Notes: generated from the letters alone by a model not told the origin. 64,000 nucleotides of DNA from an uncultured delta proteobacterium (GCA_963708295.1 CAVPSJ010000012.1:1-64000), one strand, 5' to 3'; shown: positions 1 to 10,160, counted from the first letter of the stretch. Numbers and translations are program-made.

Positions 1-84
1 TGCTATACGTAACATAATCTGCTTTTCCTTGTGATATTAGTTAGTTAATGGCTGTTTTCCTTTATCACTTTTTTTCTATCCCTG

Positions 85-1020
85 TCAAGATAATTCGTTT
101 TCAGCGCCTCCGAGTAACTCCATGCTCTCCTGTTCGTCGTCATCCTCTTGTTGCGCCTGCGTTCTTTGCAGAACCACCTGCATGGCCTTGTAGTAGTCTC
201 GTTGGACCTTGAGGTTGGCTACGCGGCAGTAGCGCTGCGTGGTGGTAATCTGGCCATGTCCCAGAAGGTCCTGAATGGTCGCAAGGTCGGCATCGGCATT
301 GAGAAGCTGTGTGGCCATGGTGTGGCGAAGCCGATGACACGAGACGTTGAGTCCACTTTGTCGCCCATAGTATTCGATCCTCTTCTGAATGCCTCGGACC
401 GATATCGGTTTGCCTCTCATCGGTCCCTTCTGCACCAGAAACAATCCTCTGGCTTTCGAGGACCGTTTCGCCAGATACACCGAAAGAGCGGATTGGGCAT
501 CTTCACTCATGTAGACCACCCGATCCTTCGCCCCTTTTCCATGGAAGACAAAGATCTGTCTTCTCCCGTACTCTACCGCATCAACCGTCAGCTCAGCCAC
601 CTCCTGGACCCGAAGGCCGCAGCGGAGCATCAACATGAACATGGCCCGGTCTCTCAGATCCGTGATGCCATCAAAGAGGCCCCTGACCTGGTCATCCTTC
701 AGGTGCCGGGGCAGTGGCTTGGGCAGACGGAGCGAGATCCGGGTGACAGGGTTGATGATCGATCTGCCTTCCTCATTTGTGAGATAGTCGAAGAAGAGAC
801 GAATCGTTTGCAGGTGGCACGTGATCGTCTTGGGCGTTCGTCTCTTTCGGAGCAGATGATCGACATAGGCTCCGATCTCCTTACGAGTCACATCAGAGAG
901 AGGCACGGTAAGCCATCGGATGAACTGATCGAGGATGTTGACATAGCTCTTGACCGTGTGGGCCGAGTAGTTTTTTCTCTTCAAGGCTCTCCGGTACCCA
1001 ATCAGCTCAGTAGGTTCCAT
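85..1020 (-). CDS. Tyrosine recombinase/integrase (XerC/D-like), second of pair
   Basis: Catalytic motifs GLRVQE, GKGAKDR, HRLRH, LGH, TQRY and an N-terminal SAM-like domain. Start reassigned to MEPTEL at 1020 (RBS GGAGG), overlapping the upstream stop. Confidence 0.92.
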   Translation of the reverse strand: MEPTELIGYRRALKRKNYSAHTVKSYVNILDQFIRWLTVPLSDVTRKEIGAYVDHLLRKRRTPKTITCHLQTIRLFFDYLTNEEGRSIINPVTRISLRLPKPLPRHLKDDQVRGLFDGITDLRDRAMFMLMLRCGLRVQEVAELTVDAVEYGRRQIFVFHGKGAKDRVVYMSEDAQSALSVYLAKRSSKARGLFLVQKGPMRGKPISVRGIQKRIEYYGRQSGLNVSCHRLRHTMATQLLNADADLATIQDLLGHGQITTTQRYCRVANLKVQRDYYKAMQVVLQRTQAQQEDDDEQESMELLGGAENELS

Positions 1021-2020
1021 CGATCCCTCCTTTCTCGATAATGGCCATGGCCCGGAAGTACTCTTGTTCACGGGTTCTGTCCGTGAGCCGGGCGTATCGG
1101 CGGGTGACCTCGATGTCCTGATGACCCAGTAGCTGCTGGAGACATTCCAGGCGCATCCCCGCGTTGAGAAGCTCGGAGGCAAACGTGTGACGCAGACAAT
1201 GGACCGTGTAGCCTTTCTGTTCAAACCCTGCTTTCTTGAGGTATTTTACGAAAAGGTATCTGCCGGTACTGTAACAGAGATGCCCATTGCTCTGGCCGTA
1301 AAAGACGAATTCCTTGTTCTTGTCCCTTTGCCTCAGCCAAAGCTTGATGGCAAACAGCGCATCGTCACTCAGATACACCACCCTCCCCATGCTGTTCTTC
1401 TCTCCCTCGTACAGATCAACCTTTCTACCTTTGATGTCCAGATCGTTTAACCTTAGTCCCAAGGCCTCGCCGATCCGGATGCCTGTCCGTAAAAGCAGAA
1501 GGATCAGAGCCCGGTCCCGGATCTCCTCAATCACCGAGAGAAGTTTTCTCACATCGACGGGGTTCATCGCCCGAGGCAGGACCTCCGGCAGCTTCAGCTT
1601 GATGCCTCGCTTGAGAACGGATCCTGGGATGATATCCTGCTCCATCAGAAAATGCACAAATGCAAGGATGCAAGCCACCCTCGTCCGCACCGTGGAGATG
1701 CGTAATCCCCGGTCCTGCTCCTGCTCGATGAAACCTTCCAGGTCCCTCCGTTCGAGTTTCTCGATTTCTCTCTTGCCTAACTTCCCATAAAAGTCCAGGA
1801 AGAGCCTGACGGAGTTAAAGGAACCGGACAGCGTACTCCGTTTGTGGTTCAGACGCCACTTGTGGCGCATGTAGCGCTCCAAGTGTTCCTTGGCGGGAAG
1901 CTCTAACCAAGAGAGCTTCTGGAGGATGCGGTCGATTGGCGTGGGTGAAAGAGGCTGTTCACGTACAACTTCATCTTCACACTTGATTGACTCATTGCTG
2001 ATCAACTGTCCCTGGGTCAT
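1007..2020 (-). CDS. Tyrosine recombinase/integrase (XerC/D-like), first of pair
   Basis: Motifs GIRIGE, HCLRH, LGH, TRRY. Start MTQGQL at 2020 after a GGAGG RBS. Confidence 0.92.
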   Translation of the reverse strand: MTQGQLISNESIKCEDEVVREQPLSPTPIDRILQKLSWLELPAKEHLERYMRHKWRLNHKRSTLSGSFNSVRLFLDFYGKLGKREIEKLERRDLEGFIEQEQDRGLRISTVRTRVACILAFVHFLMEQDIIPGSVLKRGIKLKLPEVLPRAMNPVDVRKLLSVIEEIRDRALILLLLRTGIRIGEALGLRLNDLDIKGRKVDLYEGEKNSMGRVVYLSDDALFAIKLWLRQRDKNKEFVFYGQSNGHLCYSTGRYLFVKYLKKAGFEQKGYTVHCLRHTFASELLNAGMRLECLQQLLGHQDIEVTRRYARLTDRTREQEYFRAMAIIEKGGIDGTY

Positions 2021-2414
2021 TTCTCTTCCTCCTTTTCTTTTGCAAGAAAAAGCAGAATAGATCATGACCCTTAGCACTTCTAACGGTCAATCCATTTTGT
2101 TACGTATAGGTAGGTGAAGTCGCCAAATTTTACTATCAACCTGCTCCAAGAATCTCGAAAAGGGAATTTCATTTAGTACTTCTGTACTCGTGATTTTTGA
2201 AAATTTCATCTCCATACAACATTTCAACCCGTAACAAACGGAACGAATCCGGGGGATGGGGTTATTTTTCATACCGAAGCCTTTTGCGAGGGCAGGATCT
2301 TGGCAACCTATCCACTTTAATGATTCCCAAAGTACCCTGCACCCCGAACGATACAAAGCGGGGAGAGCCCGACCAGTCTGCCTTTCAGTGTTATCCTGCT
2401 GTTGCCCTATTTCT

Positions 2415-4403
2415 TCATTTCAGCCCAGCCTTGCGCAGGGCGTCAGCAATTTTATTGATTTCTGATTGATCCTTCAAGGCAGTTGTCTTTGCATACCGAT
2501 CCACTGAGAACTTCGGATTTATTCTGAGGATTTCTTCAGCCTCAGCACGGGCCTCCTTCTCTCGACCCATCATACTGTATGTAGCCGCCAAGCAAATATG
2601 GGCAACGATAAAATTAGGCGCACGCTGAATGCCTTTCTTAAGTTCCGGAACCGCCTCTTCAAACCGACCCACATTCAGGAGGGCATAGCCAAAATTTGCA
2701 AAGGTATGGGCCGGAGCGTTGGGGTTGAGTCGAATTGCTTTTTGGAACATTGGAATGGCTTCCTTCGACCGGCCTGCAAAGAGCAGGGCCGAGGCATATC
2801 CTCGATAGGCATCCGATCCACTGGGATCGAGGGCCACAGCCCGTTGCCCTTCAGCAATCGCCTTGTCATACTCCCTGTTAAGGGAATAGAGAAAACACAA
2901 TAAGTCGTGGGGCCAGGGTAAGGATTCATCTATGGCAAGGGCTTTTTGGGCCAGCTCTATACCTTTCTCAAGAGTCTCCGGAGACTTCGTGGTCCCAAAC
3001 GAATAATCGTGTAAGTAGACCGAACTGAGTTGGGCATAACCTACTGGATTTTCCGGACACATTGAAATAGCCTCTTCTGTAAGCCGGCGGCCCACGTTGT
3101 TGTCCTCGATGTTGAGACGGATAAGGTATTTAGCCCCTTCCATTAGCTTCAAAGCGCAATCGAAACCTTGCTTCCCCCTGAAGTGTTTCGAGTACACCGA
3201 GGATATTTCCCCCTCCGTTAACTTCACTCGGACAGCCATCAAGATCTTCATGGTGATTTCATCTTGCAGGACAAATAGGTCTTTCAGATCACGATCGTAC
3301 CGCTCTGCCCAGAGGTGATGTCCTGTGAGGGCATCGATCAACTGGGCATTAATCCGGATGCGATCGGCAGACCTCTGAACGCTCCCCTCCAGCACATACC
3401 GAACCCCAAACTCCTCGCTCACCTGCTTAGCCTTTACAAGCTTGCCCTTATAGAAAAAGGTTGACTGTCTGGATATCACTAATAAACGAGGGGCTTTGGA
3501 GAGAGCGGTGATGATGTTCTCGGTGATCCCGTCACTAAGAAACTCCTGCTTTGGGTCATCGCTCATGTTCACAAAGGGCATCACAGCAATAGAGGGCTCA
3601 TCCGGTAGCGGGAATGCCATCTTCTGAATAGAAGCAACATCGCCCGGATCAGGGCTTAAATAGGTTTTCCAGATCGCCAATGTGATCGTTCCCAGACCGA
3701 CCACGATCGCGGCCACCAGGGCCACCCAGCGATACCTGCCTGGCAATGATATCCTCCTTTTTTCTAACGGAGGAGCTGGAACTTCAGGCTCTTCTGAAAC
3801 ACGTTTGTCAGGTTCTGCCTCCTGTTTTTCAACCCCCTTCTCTTTGAGACTTGATATGAACTTTTCCCACGCATCCGCGTTCAAGGAGTCCTCATAGATG
3901 ATGACAATGTCATTTAAAGTTGCTCCTATTTTATCTATGGCGAACTTAAGCCTGACATTCTCATGGCTCCCCTTGTACTCGAAAAGATTCGCCCAGCTAT
4001 CTTTTTCAGCCTCGGTAAAGGGATAAGTCTTGCCAACCCCTTCGTCATATTCTTTTTTTCTTCCAAGGACTTTGAAAAGCGGGGCCTCTTCCAGATTGGG
4101 CAGGGCATGTTGCCATTTCATGTAGATCCTTGACAGCAAGTTCTCTGTCTCTGATGACCCGGCGGAACCTCCAATGGTTTCATTCAGCAAAGCAAGAAGG
4201 TCATGATGTCCTTCCAGGGGGATGGACGTCATTTTCCCCAATCTTTTCATCTCGTTAACGACAAAGGCAATCACGGAGAGGTAAAACATTCGGGAAGGCG
4301 AGTTGAAATGAAGGGTCAGCTCAATTCTATTTTTGAGTTCAATATGGAGCTTGAACTGATTGAGGTCGATTGTGATGGGGTGACGTTTGGTATTTCCCGC
4401 CAT
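2415..4403 (-). CDS. Membrane-anchored TolB-like (PSIAVMPF) + TPR protein with an uncharacterised N-terminal cytoplasmic domain
   Basis: Single TM (WVALVAAIVVGLGTITLAIW), PSIAVMPFVNMSDDPKQEFLSDGITE motif typical of adenylate-cyclase/TolB-like sensors, C-terminal TPRs. No cyclase motifs are visible in the N-terminus. Confidence 0.85.
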   Translation of the reverse strand: MAGNTKRHPITIDLNQFKLHIELKNRIELTLHFNSPSRMFYLSVIAFVVNEMKRLGKMTSIPLEGHHDLLALLNETIGGSAGSSETENLLSRIYMKWQHALPNLEEAPLFKVLGRKKEYDEGVGKTYPFTEAEKDSWANLFEYKGSHENVRLKFAIDKIGATLNDIVIIYEDSLNADAWEKFISSLKEKGVEKQEAEPDKRVSEEPEVPAPPLEKRRISLPGRYRWVALVAAIVVGLGTITLAIWKTYLSPDPGDVASIQKMAFPLPDEPSIAVMPFVNMSDDPKQEFLSDGITENIITALSKAPRLLVISRQSTFFYKGKLVKAKQVSEEFGVRYVLEGSVQRSADRIRINAQLIDALTGHHLWAERYDRDLKDLFVLQDEITMKILMAVRVKLTEGEISSVYSKHFRGKQGFDCALKLMEGAKYLIRLNIEDNNVGRRLTEEAISMCPENPVGYAQLSSVYLHDYSFGTTKSPETLEKGIELAQKALAIDESLPWPHDLLCFLYSLNREYDKAIAEGQRAVALDPSGSDAYRGYASALLFAGRSKEAIPMFQKAIRLNPNAPAHTFANFGYALLNVGRFEEAVPELKKGIQRAPNFIVAHICLAATYSMMGREKEARAEAEEILRINPKFSVDRYAKTTALKDQSEINKIADALRKAGLK

Positions 4404-4471
4404 TTTTTAATCTCCTCATAACTTATTAAAAAGACAGGAGACTCTACAGGCCCAAAAATAAACGAAAAAAA

Positions 4472-4493
4472 TGTAACGGTATCTACCGTTACA
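4472..4493. promoter_or_regulatory. Perfect 10-bp inverted repeat (candidate operator) in a divergent promoter region
   Basis: TGTAACGGTA-TC-TACCGTTACA, with an extra half-site ACCGTTAC at 4551-4558. Confidence 0.55.
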
Positions 4494-4698
4494 AACCATA
4501 TCATATGCCTAAAATAGGGTCAATCTGAAGATGAAAGTCTAAAGAAACAGACCGTTACGTCACCCTGAAAGGAGCTGATGTCTTATGAGCTAGTCGAATC
4601 GAGAAAGAAGGAGAATGATTATTCAGAAAAGCGAAGCAACATGTATTGAAGGGGCCTCAATGAGCAGCTGAAATGACTACAAAAAGGAGGGAGTCACC

Positions 4699-5655
4699 AT
4701 GGAAAAGATAAAGATTAGAAAAATATATGGGTTAATGGCTTTGGGAGCATTTCTTTGCCTTCTACCATCAGCGGGGCTAGGACAGTGTAACGTTTCTATT
4801 GGAGCCACTCCGTACGCATCCATTATGGCTGCAGTGAGCGCAGCTGCTCCTAATGACACTATTAATGTGTCGGGCACCTGTAATGAGCTTGTCTTCATAT
4901 TCCCGCATAAAAATTCCATTACGTTGAATGGTGGCGGAACGGCAACAATAACTTGCCAAAATCCAATCCCGGCGGCCGTGTGTACTGCGCAGAATAATAT
5001 TATGATACTTGGGAAGCTGATAACAATTACAGGGTTCAACATTACAGGGGGAGCAGCTGGGATTGCGGTAGCTGCCAACGGTGCTGCAACGATAGCCGGC
5101 AATACCATCTATAATACTAAAAGGAACGGGATTGGCCTGATTTTGAATGGCATTGCTACTATTGTCAACAACACGATACACGACACCGGGCTAGACCCCG
5201 ACCTCACTCAAAGGGCTGGGATTTATGCCGGTGACAACGCCTCCGCTTTCATAGGATATTCCAATCCGAATGAAACGGCCCCCAGTCCTAACATCATTCA
5301 AAACAATGCCAACGGGATCCTCCTGGTCGGCTCTGCTAGTGCTCGAATCGTAGGAAATACCATCAGTGACAACACGGAAAATGGGGTTATGGTTATACAA
5401 GGCTCCCATGCCCAAATCGCCGGCAACGTCATCGACGGTAATGGTCAAGATGGGATATTTGTGCGCCAAGGATCTGGCGTCTACCTGGGGCTTACGGCAA
5501 ACACTATTCTTGACCAACCTAATTCCGGAACTAACCACCACAAGGGCCTCAGTTGCTCCATCGGAGGGTATGTGGATGGTCTTCTAGGGAACCTTAAAGG
5601 TTTACATGGCGCCTTAGGAATCAGCCAAGGTTGCTTCAATAGCGTGACAAAGTAA
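4699..5655 (+). CDS. Secreted right-handed parallel beta-helix (pectin-lyase-like/NosD-like) protein
   Basis: Signal peptide, repeated IxGNTIxxN...GI motifs, strong AGGAGG RBS. Confidence 0.85.
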   Translation: MEKIKIRKIYGLMALGAFLCLLPSAGLGQCNVSIGATPYASIMAAVSAAAPNDTINVSGTCNELVFIFPHKNSITLNGGGTATITCQNPIPAAVCTAQNNIMILGKLITITGFNITGGAAGIAVAANGAATIAGNTIYNTKRNGIGLILNGIATIVNNTIHDTGLDPDLTQRAGIYAGDNASAFIGYSNPNETAPSPNIIQNNANGILLVGSASARIVGNTISDNTENGVMVIQGSHAQIAGNVIDGNGQDGIFVRQGSGVYLGLTANTILDQPNSGTNHHKGLSCSIGGYVDGLLGNLKGLHGALGISQGCFNSVTK

Positions 5656-5686
5656 TTTAGCTTTTTCCACACTAAAACAAACTCAC

Positions 5687-5720
5687 AAAAGGGCGAGACA
5701 TCAATCTCGCTCTTTTTTTT
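5687..5720 (+). terminator. Rho-independent terminator
   Basis: AAAAGGGCGAGA-catcaa-TCTCGCTCTTTTTTTT hairpin plus U tract. Confidence 0.8.
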
Positions 5721-5891
5721 ACTCTCCGTATTTTCACCGAAATCAATAAGAATGAAAGGGAAAAGTGTTTCTATTCCAGTAGGAGCAATTCAAGATTTTT
5801 GTGAAAATCCCTTCCACTTTTCTTTTGCCTAAAAATTAGGAGTTTTGGAAATGTTAAGATTATTCCTGTACTTACATCAATGGACACTCTT

Positions 5892-5907
5892 TGGTATTGA
5901 TATTGCT
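5892..5907 (+). promoter_or_regulatory. Candidate sigma54 (-24/-12) promoter
   Basis: TGGTATTGATATTGCT with GG-N10-GC spacing. Confidence 0.5.
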
Positions 5908-5944
5908 GGTTATACGAATGGACTCACAAACCATGGAGATATGA

Positions 5945-6079
5945 ATGAGGAGTTTCCTGATTAACAAAAACCTATCCCTTTATTACTGGCTCAGAGGGAG
6001 AATCGGAAAAGAAAGGGCTTTCAGGGTGGCAAACACAGTTGAGAAGATTATCCTTATTTTTGGAAGAGAACGGGTGTAG
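5945..6079 (+). CDS. Possible small protein (44 aa, MRSFLINKNLSLYYWLRGRIGKERAFRVANTVEKIILIFGRERV)
   Basis: Below the ORF-track cutoff. GGAG upstream, and it lies just downstream of the sigma54 motif. Confidence 0.35.
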   Translation: MRSFLINKNLSLYYWLRGRIGKERAFRVANTVEKIILIFGRERV

Positions 6080-6205
6080 CAGACTAGGAATAATATCTTT
6101 ATCTTATTCTGTCCTGACACTTGCATGAGGAGAAGGTTTTTCGAAAAGCGAAGTCATGTTTTGACTCGTAATTCCATCAACACATCTAAAAAGAGAAGGG
6201 AAAGT

Positions 6206-6730
6206 ATGGCAAAGAGGGTCTTTTCGTCAGTCGTTGTTGCAGGGATGTTATTACTGGGTATTGTAGGAGTTTGTCTTGCGGGTGTCGAGCCATCCCCATT
6301 CGACCCCGAAATTAACAAACTTCATTCCATCGAGCTAAACCTAGCCGCCATCAACAAGCGGTTAGCCAAATTGAATGAGGTTGACACATTGCCAGAAGGG
6401 GCAACAGAATACTTGAATGCTATGGCGAACCAAATGCAAGGTCTTAAAGCAAGATTGGAAGAAGTATTGCTCGTGGTACCGCTCCCTTCTTTTGACGCTC
6501 CCTTTATCGGGCAGGATGAGGTGGTCTTTGCGCTCGACAGCATCAGGGGTGATTCCTCAGAAGGTTATGGTATCATAGAAAATATTGTTAGGCGCATGGG
6601 CATTGGGCCGTCGCCATTTTTGCCATTGTTTAACGATGTTTCAAGAAGAATCATCGTCGGGATTAATGACCACCTTCAGTCGGTAGTGATCCCACCACTT
6701 ACGCCCCCCCCACCTATCACGTTCCCCTGA
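6206..6730 (+). CDS. Exported hypothetical helical protein with two G(V/I)xPSPF motifs
   Basis: Signal peptide MAKRVFSSVVVAG..., motifs GVEPSPF and GIGPSPF, Pro-rich tail. Confidence 0.7.
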   Translation: MAKRVFSSVVVAGMLLLGIVGVCLAGVEPSPFDPEINKLHSIELNLAAINKRLAKLNEVDTLPEGATEYLNAMANQMQGLKARLEEVLLVVPLPSFDAPFIGQDEVVFALDSIRGDSSEGYGIIENIVRRMGIGPSPFLPLFNDVSRRIIVGINDHLQSVVIPPLTPPPPITFP

Positions 6731-7018
6731 ATAGATTTGCGCGGGGGCTTCGACGCACTGGGATTTTGCCCCAGCCTTCATGGAGGACTTCGGATTTGCT
6801 ATTGAAGGCTTGGAGGAGTCGGAAGTCTTTCTTAATATATTGTTTTGGGTATCTTCCATCAGAATGCAACATTTCATCCCACTCTAGGTAACACCTCCCT
6901 TTTCTTAAAACCACTTCCCGAAAGAGTGATTCTTGTTCCCCAGGATATGAATTAGAGAATTTGAAAAGTACTCCACGCCTTTACAAATCGGGAAAATTGA
7001 AATACATAGATAAAAGAG

Positions 7019-8176
7019 ATGGCAACGGAAAAAATACTCACCCGTGAGTTTGTCCTCAATTTCCTTACTCAATTTGCTTTCTCATTTGTTTCCTTTATTC
7101 TCGTTCCAACCCTTCCGGTCTATCTTTCAAGATTTGAGGCGAAAGCCGGGGAAATTGGTTTCCTGATCGGGATCTTAAGCGTCTTCTCCTTGATTCCCAG
7201 GCCGTTCATCGGAAGAGCCCTATTCAGAATTCCCGAAAGAAAATTTATGATGGCGGGAGCGATCCTCTATGTTCTCTCTTCGATCGCCTATCTCGCGGCC
7301 CCTCCTTTTTGGCCTTTTTTGATCGTGAGAATCATGCAGGGAACTGGATTGGCTTTTTTTTCGACCGCCTCGGTCGCGTTGATCGCCAATTCTGCCCCTG
7401 AAAATCGCCGCGGCCAAATCATCAGTTACTATTTCTTATCGTATAATTTCGCTTTCGCTCTGGCCCCCTATTTCGGGATGCTCCTCATCAACCAATTTGG
7501 CTTCACCGCCCTCTTTTGGGTCTGCACTGCACTCTCTTTATGTACCTTACTCATCACGCTCAAATTGAGGAAGATCCAGGGCGTTCCAATAGAAAATCAA
7601 TCGATGCGAAATCAGCCCTTTTTGAATCGCGACGTGCTTCCATCAGCGATCATGGCCTTCTTGCTGAATGTCATCTGGGGAAGCCTGGGGGCCTTTTTCC
7701 CTTTGTATGCTTTGCGCCATCACGTTTCGAACCCTGGAATTTTCTTTGCGTTTATCGCCATCACCCTCATCCTCGGCCGCTCTTTGGGTGGAAGAATATT
7801 GGATGTGTACACGAGAGAAAAAGTGATCATCCCTTGTTTCATCGTTATCATTATTTCCATAGTTATTCTTACGTTTTCCACGACTCTTTTGATGTTTATT
7901 CTTGTGGCAATCGCTTTTGGATTGGGATGGGCCTTTCTCTACCCTTCCCTGGTGGTATACGCCGTTGAAAGTTCAGGCCCCGCTCGAGGGCCTGCAATGG
8001 GTACCTTCACGGCACTCGCCGACCTAGGAGCAGGGATCGGCCCGATGATCGTAGGCATGATCCTCGAATGGACCAATTATCCGATCATGTTCCTCTCTCT
8101 GATTCTTATAGGACTCGTCAATTTCCTTTATTTCAGCTATACAATCAGTAGAAAAAGAAAACGGCTGGTAGGATGA
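7019..8176 (+). CDS. MFS transporter
   Basis: About 12 hydrophobic helices, MFS-like loops (GGRILDVYTREK, APENRRGQ). Confidence 0.92.
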   Translation: MATEKILTREFVLNFLTQFAFSFVSFILVPTLPVYLSRFEAKAGEIGFLIGILSVFSLIPRPFIGRALFRIPERKFMMAGAILYVLSSIAYLAAPPFWPFLIVRIMQGTGLAFFSTASVALIANSAPENRRGQIISYYFLSYNFAFALAPYFGMLLINQFGFTALFWVCTALSLCTLLITLKLRKIQGVPIENQSMRNQPFLNRDVLPSAIMAFLLNVIWGSLGAFFPLYALRHHVSNPGIFFAFIAITLILGRSLGGRILDVYTREKVIIPCFIVIIISIVILTFSTTLLMFILVAIAFGLGWAFLYPSLVVYAVESSGPARGPAMGTFTALADLGAGIGPMIVGMILEWTNYPIMFLSLILIGLVNFLYFSYTISRKRKRLVG

Positions 8177-8247
8177 TGGATGAGCGGGTGAAAAAGGAAT
8201 AGCAAGATTCTCTCTTTGGAACAGAAAAGTCGCCCTCTTGGACCCCA

Positions 8248-8895
8248 TCATTTATTGGTCATGACCTCAAAAGAGTCGAGGATTTTCTTCAGATCCTGCC
8301 GGTCGGCCGTCCCCTCCTTCTCCACGATCATGTAGAGAATGAAGATCTGATAAGGTTCTGTAAACCCATAGATCCAACCCTGTTCCCGCTTCACCCCTTT
8401 GACGGTATAGGTGACATATTTTCTTGCCGCGTACTGGACGCCCTTCAAGGAGACCGATTCTGTGGGATGCACGTCCGGTTTGACAACCCCTTTTCCATGC
8501 TCCTTGTCCAATTCATCCTTCAAACTTTCCGTGGCAATAGAAGTGAGACGTTCGATCTTTTCCTGGTTGAACGTTGCATACCGCCCTGCAGGTGTAAAAT
8601 CGAAACTAATATTTGATTTTGTCTCAGGGTTATAAGCATATACTTCCGTCTGCTCTTTATCCGTCGGGGAAGGCCTGTCATAACCCAGCTCTTCCATAAA
8701 GCCGGGGAATTCCGTGGTCAGCTTCCAGGGGGGAGGAGCCGAGACCTTAAAGGGATACCGAATACCGCTAAATTGATTTCCCTCAATCTTGCCGGGGGGA
8801 ACACTGATATCTTCCTGGAGCGCCTTTCGGACAGGGATCCCTGCGCAGCCGAAAAGAAAAACAAAAAGAACGATTGCCATTAATATCTTTTTCAT
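8248..8895 (-). CDS. Hypothetical lipoprotein
   Basis: Lipobox LFGC, AGGAGG RBS. Confidence 0.8.
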   Translation of the reverse strand: MKKILMAIVLFVFLFGCAGIPVRKALQEDISVPPGKIEGNQFSGIRYPFKVSAPPPWKLTTEFPGFMEELGYDRPSPTDKEQTEVYAYNPETKSNISFDFTPAGRYATFNQEKIERLTSIATESLKDELDKEHGKGVVKPDVHPTESVSLKGVQYAARKYVTYTVKGVKREQGWIYGFTEPYQIFILYMIVEKEGTADRQDLKKILDSFEVMTNK

Positions 8896-9155
8896 CCTCC
8901 GTCCTCCTTTATTTCATTTTATACCATTTCCATGATTCCCTTCAACCCTAAAGCTTATTCCTTGTCAACATCAAAACCAACTTGTGAAACTTATCCTTTT
9001 CATACTTTTTCCCGAATTTCACCTTGAGATTGACGGAAACCCGGGATATCATGAATATAGGGTCTTGAGAGATTTTCCAAAGAATCTTGTTAACTCTTCA
9101 AAAGAAAAATAATCTCTGTCAGAAAATGACTGCTACCCGTAAAGGAGGAAATGCC

Positions 9156-9764
9156 ATGAAAAAGATGGTCGTATTAACCTTTTTGGTGCTGTCTATCCCG
9201 GTCATGGTGGTTGGTCAGGATAAGGTCGAAGCCCCTGTATGGAATGTAGGGGACAAGTGGACCATATCCGATGACGTGGTTGCAACGGTAGTGAATGCCG
9301 ATCAAGAGGGTTATGCGGTGGAATACTTAACTTCCCGGGGGGAAGTAACTTTTTTATGCGATAAGAGCTCGCTGAACAGGCTCTACTACATGGGGAAAGA
9401 TAATCGGATAAAATATGAAGGGAGAAACAAAAGACTTTTCAATTTTCCGCTAAACATCGGAAAAACTTGGAAAGACCAGTATGTAACGAAATCTGCCGCA
9501 GCACCACAAGAAGTCACCTATCTTGAGACGTTCACCGTTTTGGGGTGGGAAGAGGTCGCGGTTCGGGCAGGAAAATTCAAAACCCTTAAATTAGAGTATA
9601 AGCAAGAAATGGTCGGGAAGACCGGAGATCGGCCCAAAGAGGGAAAAGCATGGTATTGGTACTCTCCCGATGTAAAATATATCGTGAAGTGCCAATACGA
9701 AAAAACGGATTATTGGGACGCACTCTATGATTGGGAACTCATCTCATTTAAATTGAAACCGTAA
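9156..9764 (+). CDS. Exported hypothetical protein (APxWxVGDxW ... VxAGKFKT ... WYSPDVK type)
   Basis: Signal peptide, AAAGGAGG RBS before MKKMVV. Confidence 0.8.
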   Translation: MKKMVVLTFLVLSIPVMVVGQDKVEAPVWNVGDKWTISDDVVATVVNADQEGYAVEYLTSRGEVTFLCDKSSLNRLYYMGKDNRIKYEGRNKRLFNFPLNIGKTWKDQYVTKSAAAPQEVTYLETFTVLGWEEVAVRAGKFKTLKLEYKQEMVGKTGDRPKEGKAWYWYSPDVKYIVKCQYEKTDYWDALYDWELISFKLKP

Positions 9765-10160
9765 AGTCGTCCTTCCGTCTTCGCACCTCCTCGGACCTCT
9801 TGATTATGCGCCGCCATCGGGGAGGAATACTGGCAAAACACTTGAAAAATCTGAATAAGATCTTGACAAAAGAACAATGTTTTGTTAATGGATGAAAATG
9901 ACTCTGGGTGGGATTTCGTCCTGATTTCGAATCCTTCCTCCACTTACAAAAAAATGAAAAGTTTATAATGCGTAGCCTTCGACAGGAGACGTGGGCAAAT
10001 CCTATAAAAGTAAGGATATCCATTCTTTGTTTAAGGAGCTATTAGTTACAAACGGGACGACCACCCTTCCTTTCATTTATCCCTTCTCCCCCCTCGCAAT
10101 GATAACCGTCTCTCAAGTGACACTATTCACGAGCCACACCTTATTGGAAAGGAGTCTTTA

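Larger units (their letters stand above)
3..2109. mobile_element. Putative compact mobile element: two tandem tyrosine recombinases bounded by 16-bp terminal inverted repeats
   Basis: CTATACGTAACATAAT (3-18) is the reverse complement of ATTTTGTTACGTATAG (2094-2109) at 15/16. The interior is almost entirely two overlapping integrase ORFs. Confidence 0.7.

Noticed and set aside
148-1041. 297-aa plus-strand ORF (and other long antisense ORFs such as 37061-38203 and 52957-53673)
   Set aside because: These are shadow ORFs opposite well-supported genes, with no recognisable motifs.
85-2020. Chromosomal xerC/xerD or integron integrase
   Set aside because: A tandem coupled pair with TIRs is atypical for housekeeping Xer, and no IntI-specific insertion or attC array is visible.
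2087-2469. Short ORFs next to the recombinase element
   Set aside because: No recognisable homology. One may be a gene interrupted by the element, but this cannot be supported from the sequence.
9990-10060. c-di-GMP-I riboswitch upstream of livG (GGGCAAATCC...)
   Set aside because: It lacks the GNRA loop and the GACGCAAAG core; only the GGCAAA prefix matches.
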